Program-made: the position numbers and the translations under genes
Notes under the pieces: model-generated
What the model saw: the letters and a program-made list of their open reading frames with translations, nothing else
What the model was told of the DNA's origin: nothing
The model's database searches: none
From: Candidatus Cloacimonadota bacterium
GTDB taxonomy: Bacteria > Cloacimonadota > Cloacimonadia > Cloacimonadales > JAFGVF01
Assembly (NCBI GenBank): GCA_016838885.1
Contig: JAEKNW010000194.1
Span: forward strand, 1 to 58,777
Direction of reading: 5' to 3'
DNA length: 58,777 bases
Shown: positions 34,671 through 44,983 of the stretch, piece by piece
Numbering within the stretch: position 1 is the stretch's first letter
How the letters are laid out: every line of letters starts with the position of its first letter

Positions 34671-35556
34671 AATTCTTTGTAGTATTGGTATTATTGCCTA
34701 TAATGAAGCAAAAAATATTGGAAATCTGCTTGAAAGAGTTACAGCCGAAAATTACTCTGATATAGAAATTAACGAAATTATTGTAGTTTCTAGTGCTTGC
34801 ACAGACGGAACAAATGAAATTGTTGATTTTTATGTAAAACATGATGATAGGGTTAAGCTTATTACAGAAGCTGAAAGAAAAGGAAAGTCTAGTGCTATTA
34901 ATCTTTTCCTTAAGCATAGTTCAAATAATCTCTTGATCATCGAAAGTGGTGATACTCTCCCTGCTAAAGGAACAATAAGAAAATTAATCCTACCTTTTAG
35001 TGATCCAAATGTTGGCATGACAGGTGGTAGACCGGTCCCTGTTAATTCTAGCATCACCTTTAGTGGATACGCTGTTAACTTGCTGTGGAAATTACATCAT
35101 AAAATGGCTCTAAAATCACCTAAATTAGGAGAAATGATCGCTTTTAGAAGAGTATTTGACTCGATACCAGCAGAGAGTGCCGTTGATGAAGCGAGTATTG
35201 AAGCTTTGATTAATAAAAATATTCTGAAAAAAATTTATGTAGCTGATGCTATTATTCATAATAAAGGACCTGAAGATATTACAGGTTTTATCAAACAACG
35301 CAAAAGAATCGAAACTGGTCATATCTGGCTAAAGAAAAAACATAATTATAAAGTAGTTTCGCAGAAAAAATCTGTTTTACTTTCACTTATGATAGAAGAG
35401 ATTAAAGAACATCCCCAAGATATATGGAAAATATTGGCTGTTATGCTTGTAGAAAGCTATGCTAGATTATTAGGAAAAATTGATTATTACATCAAAGGCC
35501 AAAATCCTTTTACTTGGGAAATTATAAGTTCAACTAAAGATCTTAGAAAAGGCTAA
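34663..35556 (+). CDS. Soluble family-2 glycosyltransferase
   Basis: 297 aa. The start IGIIAYNEAKNI and an ESGD-type acidic motif are GT-A features. It overlaps the nusB stop by 8 nt. Confidence 0.75.
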   Translation: MSKILCSIGIIAYNEAKNIGNLLERVTAENYSDIEINEIIVVSSACTDGTNEIVDFYVKHDDRVKLITEAERKGKSSAINLFLKHSSNNLLIIESGDTLPAKGTIRKLILPFSDPNVGMTGGRPVPVNSSITFSGYAVNLLWKLHHKMALKSPKLGEMIAFRRVFDSIPAESAVDEASIEALINKNILKKIYVADAIIHNKGPEDITGFIKQRKRIETGHIWLKKKHNYKVVSQKKSVLLSLMIEEIKEHPQDIWKILAVMLVESYARLLGKIDYYIKGQNPFTWEIISSTKDLRKG

Positions 35557-35559
35557 ACT

Positions 35560-36642
35560 ATGCTATCTCTATTACCAAAAATCATCGGATTCAAATTATT
35601 TAAGTCAATAGGATTACCTCATTTAATGCCTATAAATTATACTGTCAGTTTATTATATGAATGCAATTCAAGGTGTTCAACCTGTAATATCTGGAAGAAA
35701 AAAAGTAAGCAGCTAACAGTTGAAGAATATCGGAAAATCTTTAAGAAAATCGGACATTCTCCCTATTGGATTACCTTTAGTGGTGGTGAGCCTTTTCTCA
35801 GAAAAGATATCTCTGAAATAGTAACTACCATCTATGATGTTTCTAAACCAAAAATAATTAATATTCCGACTAATGGAATTTTAACTAAGAAAATCATTGA
35901 TAGCGTTAAAACTATTGCAAGTCACTGTAAGAAAAGTCAGTTAGTAATAAATCTATCTATCGATGCTATCGGAAAAGACCATGATGACATTAGAAATGTG
36001 CCTGGTAATTATGAAAAAGTTATCAGAACTTATAAAGCACTTAAAAACCTCAAACTTACAAATCTTTCCGTGGGTATTCATACCGTGATTTCCAATTATA
36101 ATGTTGGTAACTTTAGTAATATCTCTAGAACTCTTATGGAGTTAAATCCTGATTCCTACATAACTGAAATTGCTGAAGAACGTAATGAACTTGATACTAT
36201 GAATACTAAGATTACTCCAAATATGATTAAATATAGTTCAGCAATCGATTACTTAATTCATCGTATCAAGAATAGTAATTACACTGGTTTTCAAAAGATT
36301 ACCATGGCCTTTAGAATAGAGTATTATGATTTAGTTAAGAAGGTTCTACGTGATAAAACACAAATTATTCCCTGTTATGCAGGCATAGCCTCATGTCAGA
36401 TTTCTCCTGATGGGGATGTTTGGAGTTGCTGTATTAAAGCTAAATCATTAGGTAATTTAGTTGATAATAATTATAATTTCAAAAAGATCTGGAATTCGCC
36501 TGAAATGGCTCTCGAAAGACTTTCTATTCATAAAAAAGAGTGTTATTGCCCACTAGCCAATGCTTCATATACAAATATGCTAATGGACATCCCAACCCTG
36601 AAAAGAGTATTTTATAGATCATTTATTAAATGGTGGAGATAA
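35560..36642 (+). CDS. Radical SAM protein with a C-terminal SPASM/twitch-like Cys cluster
   Basis: CNSRCSTC is a CX3CX2C motif and FSGGEPF is also present. The C-terminal cysteines are CYAGIASC..WSCC..ECYCP. Confidence 0.8.
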   Translation: MLSLLPKIIGFKLFKSIGLPHLMPINYTVSLLYECNSRCSTCNIWKKKSKQLTVEEYRKIFKKIGHSPYWITFSGGEPFLRKDISEIVTTIYDVSKPKIINIPTNGILTKKIIDSVKTIASHCKKSQLVINLSIDAIGKDHDDIRNVPGNYEKVIRTYKALKNLKLTNLSVGIHTVISNYNVGNFSNISRTLMELNPDSYITEIAEERNELDTMNTKITPNMIKYSSAIDYLIHRIKNSNYTGFQKITMAFRIEYYDLVKKVLRDKTQIIPCYAGIASCQISPDGDVWSCCIKAKSLGNLVDNNYNFKKIWNSPEMALERLSIHKKECYCPLANASYTNMLMDIPTLKRVFYRSFIKWWR

Positions 36643-36645
36643 TCT

Positions 36646-37281
36646 TTGATTAAACAAATCGCAATTTCTCCTTCTTATAGCAATAAAATTGTCTTTACGG
36701 ATTATTACCCAAATCGAAAACAATTCTTTTCATTATTCATTCACTACTATGAAGATACCCCTATTGTTTATGAAACTTTAGGTGAGATTATGGAACTAAT
36801 TCTTAATTTCATGAAAGATAATTTGTTATTAGATAAGATAAAACTACAGAATTTCATGAATGATTTAAATTGGATATCCGCAGGTAAATTACGCAATCTA
36901 CCCCTTTATAATCAAGGACTATCCCTAGCTTTATTGATTATTGATGATAATAAAATTAAAGCTGTACGCTATGGAAGAATGCTGATGGGTAAAATCTCTG
37001 AAAAAAATATTCAACCAATAGGTCCAGAATGGGATAACTTCAGTATCAAATCATTAGATAGGCTTGCCTTGTTGGGTCTGCAATCTGAAGATAATTATCC
37101 AGAGTTTTTTGAAATAGAATTAACTAACAATGAAAAATTTGTTATCTTAGAAAGCGATTCTGAAGTTGCTTTTAGAGAATCAATAACTTCAGGCAAGCAA
37201 TTTAAACCAAAAAGAGAAATCTATCAAATTCTAGAATGCCACAGAAAAGAAAATAGAAAGAAAATTCTAGGTATTATTTAA
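36646..37281 (+). CDS. Hypothetical protein
   Basis: 211 aa with a TTG start 3 nt after the radical SAM stop. No motif recognised with confidence. Confidence 0.5.
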   Translation: MIKQIAISPSYSNKIVFTDYYPNRKQFFSLFIHYYEDTPIVYETLGEIMELILNFMKDNLLLDKIKLQNFMNDLNWISAGKLRNLPLYNQGLSLALLIIDDNKIKAVRYGRMLMGKISEKNIQPIGPEWDNFSIKSLDRLALLGLQSEDNYPEFFEIELTNNEKFVILESDSEVAFRESITSGKQFKPKREIYQILECHRKENRKKILGII

Positions 37282-37559
37282 TTTTTGTCTTTTATAACTT
37301 TTTTACCATTTTGTTTAAACTCATTGGGTCTTTTCCAAGATAATATTTGGAAGATAACTACTTTTTTTATAATAATTTAAATGTATATTATCCTTTGATA
37401 GCAAGGGTTTAGAGAGTAAGTTAAAGTTAATTATTAAATAATAAAAAAATAAATAAATAAAATACTGGACAATCTAACTAGAAGCAAAGAAATGGTTCTA
37501 AATCTTATTAGAGTGTTAGTTAAATACTAAAATATATATCAAATATAGGAGCTTTGTCT

Positions 37560-38993
37560 ATGGTTTCACATGAAAACGAAAATTATGCAAAATTATTAGA
37601 AGAGTCCTTCAACAACACTACTGAACCTAAAATGGGTGATGTAGTAGAAGGCGAAATTATTAACATCACAGAAACATCTATCTTTATAAATATGAATGGT
37701 AAATATGATGCTTATGCTGATATTACTGATTATAAAGATAAAAATGGTAAAATGAAATACCAAGTTGGCGATTTATTAAGAGGCTTCATTGTTGAATTCA
37801 ATAATGATGGAATCAAAGTTTCAAAAAGCCTAAGAAAACAATTTGCTGATAAAACTCAAATTCGAAATGCCTTTGAAGAAAAAATCCCTGTAGAAGGTAA
37901 AGTATTCAAAATTGTTAATGGTGGATATAGTGTTGATGTTCTCGGAGTTAGAGCTTTTTGCCCTAAATCTCAAATGGATATCATGTTAGAAGAAGATTCT
38001 CACTACCTTAACAATAATTTCACATTCCTAGTAACCGAATACGAAGATAACGGTCGCAATATTATCGTTTCAAGAAAGAGACTTTTACACGACGAAGCTA
38101 AAATCATGAAAGAAGAAGCTCTTGAAAATTTAGAAGCAGGAAAAGTGGTTACCGGAGTTATCAGAAGATTAACTGATTTTGGTGCATTTGTAGATCTAGG
38201 TGGAATAGAAGGACTTTTACATGTTTCTGAAATCGCCTGGGCTCATATTAATAAACCATCTGATGTCCTAACTGTTGGTACAGAAATCGAAGTCAAAATA
38301 CTTGCCATCAATGGAGAAAAGATTTCTTTATCCATGAAAGCATTACAAGATAATCCTCTCGATATCGCTATGAATGAACTTGAAACAGGAACTATTGTTG
38401 AGTGCAGAGTTCTCCGCCTCCATAATTTTGGCGCTTTTGTAGAGATTATTCCTGGAGTTGAAGGTTTGATTCCAATTTCTGAAATGGCTTGGGGAAAGAA
38501 CATTAGACATCCAAAAGAAGTTTTAAGAGAAGGAGATGTTGTTTCAGCTCAAATCTTTAAATTAGACAAGAATGAAAAGAAAATTAATCTCTCTTTAAAA
38601 GCTCTATTAGAAAACCCTTGGGATAACATCGAGGAAAAAGTTAAACTCGGTGAGTTAATCACAGGCACTGTAGAGAATAATACTAACTTTGGTGCTTTTG
38701 TTACCATTACTGACGGTATCACTGGTCTTTTACCACGTTCACGCATGCCTATGGACATGACTTTGAATTCTGGTGATGAAATTGAGTTAAGAGTTACCTC
38801 TATAGATACAGATTCAAAAAGAATCTCTCTAGAACTCAAAGATCACCCGGCTCCTGAGTCATTACCTCAACAAGATGACAGAAGACCTAGCTTTAAAGGG
38901 AAACCAAGAAAGGGTGGAAAACCTGCAGAATGGAAAAAATGGGCTCAAGAAACCCCTGAAGTTCCAGAAGACAACCCATTCAATCAATTATAA
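37560..38993 (+). CDS. rpsA: 30S ribosomal protein S1
   Basis: Repeated S1 (OB) domains carry G..V.G.V....FGAFV motifs. ATG at 37560 lies behind AGGAG. It has a basic Pro-rich tail. Confidence 0.92.
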   Translation: MVSHENENYAKLLEESFNNTTEPKMGDVVEGEIINITETSIFINMNGKYDAYADITDYKDKNGKMKYQVGDLLRGFIVEFNNDGIKVSKSLRKQFADKTQIRNAFEEKIPVEGKVFKIVNGGYSVDVLGVRAFCPKSQMDIMLEEDSHYLNNNFTFLVTEYEDNGRNIIVSRKRLLHDEAKIMKEEALENLEAGKVVTGVIRRLTDFGAFVDLGGIEGLLHVSEIAWAHINKPSDVLTVGTEIEVKILAINGEKISLSMKALQDNPLDIAMNELETGTIVECRVLRLHNFGAFVEIIPGVEGLIPISEMAWGKNIRHPKEVLREGDVVSAQIFKLDKNEKKINLSLKALLENPWDNIEEKVKLGELITGTVENNTNFGAFVTITDGITGLLPRSRMPMDMTLNSGDEIELRVTSIDTDSKRISLELKDHPAPESLPQQDDRRPSFKGKPRKGGKPAEWKKWAQETPEVPEDNPFNQL

Positions 38994-39022
38994 TTGACAA
39001 ATAAATAAATAAAATAAATGTG

Positions 39023-39050
39023 GAAAGCGGGTTTTAAAACCCGCTTTCTT
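39023..39050 (+). terminator. Rho-independent terminator of rpsA
   Basis: Perfect 26-nt palindrome GAAAGCGGGTTTTAAAACCCGCTTTC followed by TT. Confidence 0.7.
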
Positions 39051-39071
39051 ATATAAAAAATTTAATCCTAT

Positions 39072-40577
39072 ATGGAGGCAAGTGTGGATAATACGACACA
39101 AATCCTAAAATTAAGAAGAGAAAAATTACAAAAGATTATTGATAGAGATATTAATCCCTATCCAGTAAAATCTCAAAGAACTCATAAAATTGAAGAACTA
39201 TGGCAAGACCGAGATAATTTTATTGAAAATAATAATGAAGTTATAATTGTAGGTCGTCTTGTTGCAATGAGAAGACAAGGCAAAATCGGTTTTGGAAACT
39301 TACAAGATATTAGCGGAAAAATTCAAATCTTTGTAAAAAAAGATGAACTAGGTGATGATAATTATGAACTTTTCAAGCTTTGTGACATGGGCGATTTTGT
39401 TCAAGTTACAGGAACATGTTTCATTACTCAAACCGGTGAATATTCTGTTAAAGCTACAAATATTACTCTTTTGACAAAAAACCTTAGACCAACTCCAACT
39501 GTTAAAGAAAAAGAAATTGACGGTAAATTAGTGAGGTATGATGAGTTTTCAGATATTGAACTTAGATATAGAAAGAGATATCTAGATTTACTACTTAATC
39601 CTGACAGGAAAGAGACTTTTATTCAGCGTTCAAAAATTATTCAAACAATTAGAGATTATCTAAATTCATTAGATTTTATCGAAGTGGAAACTCCAATTTT
39701 GCAACCCCTTTATGGCGGAGCAAATGCCAGACCTTTTGTAACGCATCATAACTCTTTAGACATGGATTTATATCTGAGAATAGCTACTGAGCTTTATCTT
39801 AAAAGATTGATTATCGGTGGATTTGAAAGAGTTTATGAAATTGGTAAGAATTTCCGTAATGAAGGGATGGATAGAACTCATAATCCAGAATTTACTGCTA
39901 TCGAACTTTATCAAGCTTATTCTGACTTAGAAGGAATGATGGATATAACCGAAGGCCTTATTCAAGCTATTGCTAAGAACGTCTTCAATAAATCAATATT
40001 TACCTTTCATAAGAAAGAAATCAATGTAGGAACAGCTTTTAGAAGAGCTTCTATGGCAGATTTAGTCGAAGAATATTCTGGTTTCTCAGCACATGATTTA
40101 GATTATGGCAAAATGGTTGAATTCATGAAGAGTAAGAAATTAGAGATACCGGCTAACGTCGGGCCAGGTAAGCTTCTTGAAGAGTTGTTCGAACACTTTG
40201 TTGAACCAAACTTAATCCAGCCAACATTTGTTACAGATTTCCCTACTGAAGTTTCTCCTTTAGCAAAGATGAGGGCAGATAATCCCAAATTTGTGGAACG
40301 TTTTGAGCTTTTTATTTGTGGTGGTGAGTATGGAAATGCCTTCTCAGAGTTGAATGATCCGCTTGATCAACGCCAAAGATTAGAAGAGCAGGCAAAACTT
40401 CGTGAAATGGGCGATGATGAAGCAAATGTTGTTGATGAAGATTTCTTAGAGGCTTTAGAGTATGGAATGCCTCCTATGGGTGGATTAGGTATAGGGATTG
40501 ACAGATTGATTATGCTTCTAACAAATAATAGTTCAATTAAGGAAGTTATACTTTTCCCAACTATGAAACCTGAATAA
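39072..40577 (+). CDS. lysS: Lysine--tRNA ligase (class II)
   Basis: 501 aa. It has an OB anticodon domain, FRNEG, GGEYGNAFSELNDP and GLGIGIDRL. Confidence 0.95.
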   Translation: MEASVDNTTQILKLRREKLQKIIDRDINPYPVKSQRTHKIEELWQDRDNFIENNNEVIIVGRLVAMRRQGKIGFGNLQDISGKIQIFVKKDELGDDNYELFKLCDMGDFVQVTGTCFITQTGEYSVKATNITLLTKNLRPTPTVKEKEIDGKLVRYDEFSDIELRYRKRYLDLLLNPDRKETFIQRSKIIQTIRDYLNSLDFIEVETPILQPLYGGANARPFVTHHNSLDMDLYLRIATELYLKRLIIGGFERVYEIGKNFRNEGMDRTHNPEFTAIELYQAYSDLEGMMDITEGLIQAIAKNVFNKSIFTFHKKEINVGTAFRRASMADLVEEYSGFSAHDLDYGKMVEFMKSKKLEIPANVGPGKLLEELFEHFVEPNLIQPTFVTDFPTEVSPLAKMRADNPKFVERFELFICGGEYGNAFSELNDPLDQRQRLEEQAKLREMGDDEANVVDEDFLEALEYGMPPMGGLGIGIDRLIMLLTNNSSIKEVILFPTMKPE

Positions 40578-40582
40578 ATAAA

Positions 40583-41833
40583 ATGAATAAATGTACTTTT
40601 ATAAGTAAAAGATATTTAAAAGGTAAAAAATCATGCTTAGCCGGTTCACACTGGCTAAGCCTTATTGGAATCATTATTGGTGTTTCTTCTCTTTTAGTGA
40701 TTCTTTCTGTGATGAATGGGATGAGAAATGTCGTAATCCAAAGAATTCTTGCATCTTCACCTGAAATAGAATTAAGACTCCATGCAGAAGATGATTTTTT
40801 GTCAGTAACACAGACTTTAGATTCTTTAGCTTTTGTAAAATACATAAATCCTGTTTACGAAGAAGAGTTTGTTATTCTTAATCGAAATGAGACCATTCTT
40901 ACAAAATTAACAGGTATTGACTTAGAAAATTTTAAAAAGCATAATAGCTTATTAAATATTTTTAATTCTAATCCTAACTCAGAACAAGTTGGTCTAATCT
41001 CAGGTAATAACAGATCTGATTTTTTTATTGAAAAAAGCGGGGCCTTTATTGGGTATCAGCTAAGTAGAGAATATGGATTAAACATTGGAGATAGAATTAC
41101 TGTTCTCTCCCTCAATAAATATGAATTCAGTTCTCTTGGAAAAATTCCTTTAACAGCCAACTTTGTGGTTCAAGGAATCTATAGCAATCAAATTCCTGAA
41201 CTAGAAATGAATATTGTTTATGTGGCTGATACTAAACTACAAGAGATTGCTAATAGCAAACTTAAAGCTAATAAGATCGAGATTTATAGTGATAACTTCT
41301 TTAATGCAAATAATTATAAGAAAGTTATTCAAGCCTTATTTCCAGACAATAATGTGAGTTCTTGGAGTGATAAAAACACAAACCTTTATAATGCCCAGAA
41401 CTTAGAAAAAGGAGTTATGACTTTCGTCCTCAGTCTCATTATTATTCTATCTTCTTTTAACCTAACGGGAAGTTTTTTAAAGAAAGTCTCCAACAAAAAA
41501 CTTGAAATAGGGATCTTATCAACAATCGGTTATACAAAAAGAGAGATCAGAAATATCTTCTTTTATCAAGGATTACTTCTAAGTTTTATTGGAGTAGCTC
41601 TTGGAGTCCTCTTGGCTATAATTTTATTACAGGTCCAACTTAACTACAACGTGGTAAAAATACCTGATTCAGGCTTTAGTAACATCTTCCCGACTCTCCC
41701 TATTTCTATTCAGTATTCTGATTTCATCATTATTCCGATTTTAACTTTTATTTTTTCAATCTTAAGCTCAATTATCCCTGTTTATAGAGTTAATAAACTG
41801 AATCCGATTGAGTTAATTAGAAGCAAACACTGA
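40583..41833 (+). CDS. LolC/LolE-like lipoprotein-releasing ABC transporter permease (FtsX family)
   Basis: 416 aa with an N-terminal TM, a periplasmic domain and three C-terminal FtsX helices. No ATPase gene is adjacent. Confidence 0.7.
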   Translation: MNKCTFISKRYLKGKKSCLAGSHWLSLIGIIIGVSSLLVILSVMNGMRNVVIQRILASSPEIELRLHAEDDFLSVTQTLDSLAFVKYINPVYEEEFVILNRNETILTKLTGIDLENFKKHNSLLNIFNSNPNSEQVGLISGNNRSDFFIEKSGAFIGYQLSREYGLNIGDRITVLSLNKYEFSSLGKIPLTANFVVQGIYSNQIPELEMNIVYVADTKLQEIANSKLKANKIEIYSDNFFNANNYKKVIQALFPDNNVSSWSDKNTNLYNAQNLEKGVMTFVLSLIIILSSFNLTGSFLKKVSNKKLEIGILSTIGYTKREIRNIFFYQGLLLSFIGVALGVLLAIILLQVQLNYNVVKIPDSGFSNIFPTLPISIQYSDFIIIPILTFIFSILSSIIPVYRVNKLNPIELIRSKH

Positions 41834-41951
41834 TAGATTAGAATCATAATTAAAGACCTGAACAAACACATTTAAAACCAAATTCACTTTGTGATAATTT
41901 TATGTTTCAACTTACTTGACATTTTTTCTAAACTCTATAAATTTACATTCA

Positions 41952-44399
41952 ATGAAATATTTCAAATTTAAGCTTAATAAAATCTATATTATCCTCTCTT
42001 TTATACTGTGCTTTTTCCTTGTATTACACAGTCAGGAAGATGAATCTATAACAGGAGAAAGTCCTTCTGTTATTGACTCTCTATTAACTATTAATGATAG
42101 TTTGCTGACTATTAACACTTTCGAAGATTATACTGAAAGTGATTCCCTGCAATATTATGGGAAAAGAAGCTTTTTCAATTTGAAGGAGGATTCAATCTCT
42201 TTAGCAGGTGATGCAAAAATTACCTATCAAGATATCATTATTGAAGCTGATTCACTCTACTTGAATTTGGAGGATAAAACAGCTTATTCAACTGGTGATG
42301 CGATGATTAAACAAGTTGGCCAAATCTTCTTAAGTAGTGATATAAAAATGGATGTTCAATCTAAGACTGGTCTTTTAGAAAAAGGAGCAGGCTCGATGGA
42401 GCAAGGATTCATTTATGGCTCTCAAATCAGAAAAGTAGATAATAAAGTTTTTGATATCGATGATGGTATCTTCACTACTTGCGATGATATTGATCCGCAT
42501 TTCTATATTAAATCAAAGAAACTAAGAATCTTTCAAAATGAGTATATCGCTGCTAAGCCTATTGTTTATTACGTTAATCACTTTCCTGTGATGGCGTTAC
42601 CTTTTGCGACTTTTAGTATTGAAAGAGGACGTAGAAATGGGTTTTTGATACCCCAACCTGGCTGGAATAATAGTGATGGAAAATATCTAAAAAATTTGGC
42701 ATATTATTATGCAATTAGTGATTATTTTGAAAATAAAGTAGCTTTCGATTTTTATGAGAATAAAGGGTGGAACTTTAATATAACCAACAAATATATTGTT
42801 AGGTATATCTTCAATGGTGGAGTAAATTTTAACTACAGGAAAAGAGAATATAAGAACAACACATCAACTGACTGGTCTCTTGTAGGAAATCACAGACATA
42901 CACTTAAGAACAATTCATCATTCATTGCTAGTATTAATTATGCCACAAGCCAAGTGATTTGGGATAATAGTACCAATATCGATGATCGTCTAACCGAGAC
43001 TGTTTCCTCTTCTGCCACTTATTCAAAAGGATTTGATAATTCAACTATCAATGTCTCTAGTTTTTACAGTGAAAACTTTTCAACAAATACAAAGTCAATA
43101 ACCCTGCCTAGTGTCAGATACTCAGAATCAACTACACCTATCTATGAGTTAATTGGAATGAAGAGTAATGATGTGAAAGATGCTTGGTGGAAATCTCTCT
43201 CTTATAATTATAATTTATCTGCAAGTCATGCAGGTACGATTAAAGACCCAGATGCGTCCTTTTCAGATTTACTGTGGAGCAATGAATCATACATCGATAC
43301 ATTAGGTAATGAAGTAGTAATAAATCAACACAACCTTGGAGCTCTCCATAATTTTTCTTTCAATTTTAGCCCTACCCTATCACCCTACTATAGTCTTTCA
43401 CAGTCTATGAACTTCCGGGAAGCATGGTATGATAGAACTAAAAAAGAAAATGGCTTTGCTCGTGGTCATTCTTTCTCTTTTAATACTTCTGCTTCAACTA
43501 AACTCTATGGACTAAAGAGATTTAATAATCTATCATTGAAGGCTGTAAGGCATGTTATAACACCAAGAATTAGTTTTTCATATACACCTGATTTCTCTGA
43601 AAATGAAGACTTTTATTCTTTTTCGGGGATTAGTTTGGCTAGTGGAAAAAGAAGAAGAAGTATAAACTTAAGTTTAGGACAAATATGGCAGATTAAGTAC
43701 TACGATAAAAGATCAGATTCTGAAAAAAAAATAAATAGTTTGTTATCGCTGACTAGTTCTGCCAGTTATGATCTTGAGAAAGAGAGCAAAAAACTATCTC
43801 GGATTAATCATAGTTTGAGGTTCACTCCTAATGCATTTAACTATCATGAGGTTCAATTCAACTACAATAATTCAATCTCTTTTAGTCATGATTTTTATAA
43901 AAGAACATGGGGAGATTTAAACTTAGAGAATTGGAGATTTAATCAATCTTTGTCTCTTTCGGGACAGCTAAGATATTTTAACTACTTCCCTAAAGCTCAA
44001 AACCCACTCAAAACAGGCCAAAGAACCCTCCAAGATACAATAAAGTATGCTGAATTAGATTGGGATTACTACCAATCTTCTTCTGAAAGAAAAAACTGGT
44101 CTTTATCTTTTACTCATGCTATGTCTTTTGAAAAAGATTATTTAGATCCACAATCTAACAGTTTAAACATCTCTTTAGATATGAGTCTTACCTCTAATTG
44201 GCATCTTGGTTATTCTAATCGAATAAATATTCTGACTGATGAGATTCTCTCTCATAACCTATCTCTGAAAAGAGATTTACATTGTTGGAACCTGACTTTC
44301 GACTATTCCAGATCAAACGAATTCTGGGAATATAAAGTTATTCTAACTAACAATAAATTGAGTGATATTCTTAAATTCCCATTTGAGGCTAGAAGATAA
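41952..44399 (+). CDS. lptD: LptD/OstA-like LPS-assembly outer-membrane protein
   Basis: Start at MKYFKF. It has an OstA-like N-terminal beta-jellyroll (ISLAGDAKITYQD..EADSLYLN) and a large barrel. gmhB follows. Confidence 0.6.
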   Translation: MKYFKFKLNKIYIILSFILCFFLVLHSQEDESITGESPSVIDSLLTINDSLLTINTFEDYTESDSLQYYGKRSFFNLKEDSISLAGDAKITYQDIIIEADSLYLNLEDKTAYSTGDAMIKQVGQIFLSSDIKMDVQSKTGLLEKGAGSMEQGFIYGSQIRKVDNKVFDIDDGIFTTCDDIDPHFYIKSKKLRIFQNEYIAAKPIVYYVNHFPVMALPFATFSIERGRRNGFLIPQPGWNNSDGKYLKNLAYYYAISDYFENKVAFDFYENKGWNFNITNKYIVRYIFNGGVNFNYRKREYKNNTSTDWSLVGNHRHTLKNNSSFIASINYATSQVIWDNSTNIDDRLTETVSSSATYSKGFDNSTINVSSFYSENFSTNTKSITLPSVRYSESTTPIYELIGMKSNDVKDAWWKSLSYNYNLSASHAGTIKDPDASFSDLLWSNESYIDTLGNEVVINQHNLGALHNFSFNFSPTLSPYYSLSQSMNFREAWYDRTKKENGFARGHSFSFNTSASTKLYGLKRFNNLSLKAVRHVITPRISFSYTPDFSENEDFYSFSGISLASGKRRRSINLSLGQIWQIKYYDKRSDSEKKINSLLSLTSSASYDLEKESKKLSRINHSLRFTPNAFNYHEVQFNYNNSISFSHDFYKRTWGDLNLENWRFNQSLSLSGQLRYFNYFPKAQNPLKTGQRTLQDTIKYAELDWDYYQSSSERKNWSLSFTHAMSFEKDYLDPQSNSLNISLDMSLTSNWHLGYSNRINILTDEILSHNLSLKRDLHCWNLTFDYSRSNEFWEYKVILTNNKLSDILKFPFEARR

Positions 44400-44971
44400 T
44401 GGATAAAGTTGTTTTCTTAGATCGAGATGGCACTTTGAATTATGATAAAAGCGGATATATTGATAATCCTGAGGACTTTACCCTTTTCCTCAATAGCGCC
44501 AAAGCAATTCAGTCTTTAAATGAGCTGAATTATAAAGTTGTCATCATTACCAATCAATCCGGTATAGCACGAGGTTACTTTGATTTAGCAGATGTTACTA
44601 AGATACATACTAAAATGATTACTGAATTATCTAATCAGAATGCTATTGTTGATGATATCCTAATCTCACCTTATCACCCTCAAGGTGTAGTAGAACCCTA
44701 TAATATCGCACATGAGGATAGAAAGCCTGGTATTGGTTTGTTAAAAAAATATTATAAAATAAATAACTTTAAAATATCTCAATCTTACGTTATTGGAGAC
44801 AAGATATCTGATATTGAATTAGGACATAATTTTAATCTTAAAACGATATTGGTACTTACTGGCGAAGGAGAGAAAACCTTCTTGAATAGAAAGAACTACA
44901 GAGTAAGACCACACTTTGTTGTGAAAGATATCTGGGAAGCTGTAAAAGTAATAAAATTAATAAATAAATAA
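44399..44971 (+). CDS. gmhB: D-glycero-D-manno-heptose 1,7-bisphosphate phosphatase (HAD-IIIA)
   Basis: FLDRDGTLN, ITNQSGIARG, RKPGIGL and GDKISD. Confidence 0.75.
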   Translation: MDKVVFLDRDGTLNYDKSGYIDNPEDFTLFLNSAKAIQSLNELNYKVVIITNQSGIARGYFDLADVTKIHTKMITELSNQNAIVDDILISPYHPQGVVEPYNIAHEDRKPGIGLLKKYYKINNFKISQSYVIGDKISDIELGHNFNLKTILVLTGEGEKTFLNRKNYRVRPHFVVKDIWEAVKVIKLINK

Positions 44972-44983
44972 GGAGATTACAAG

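Noticed and set aside
39083-39091. A perfect DnaA box, TGTGGATAA
   Set aside because: It is a single occurrence inside the first codons of lysS. That is about what chance predicts for a 9-mer in 2 x 58 kb of AT-rich DNA.
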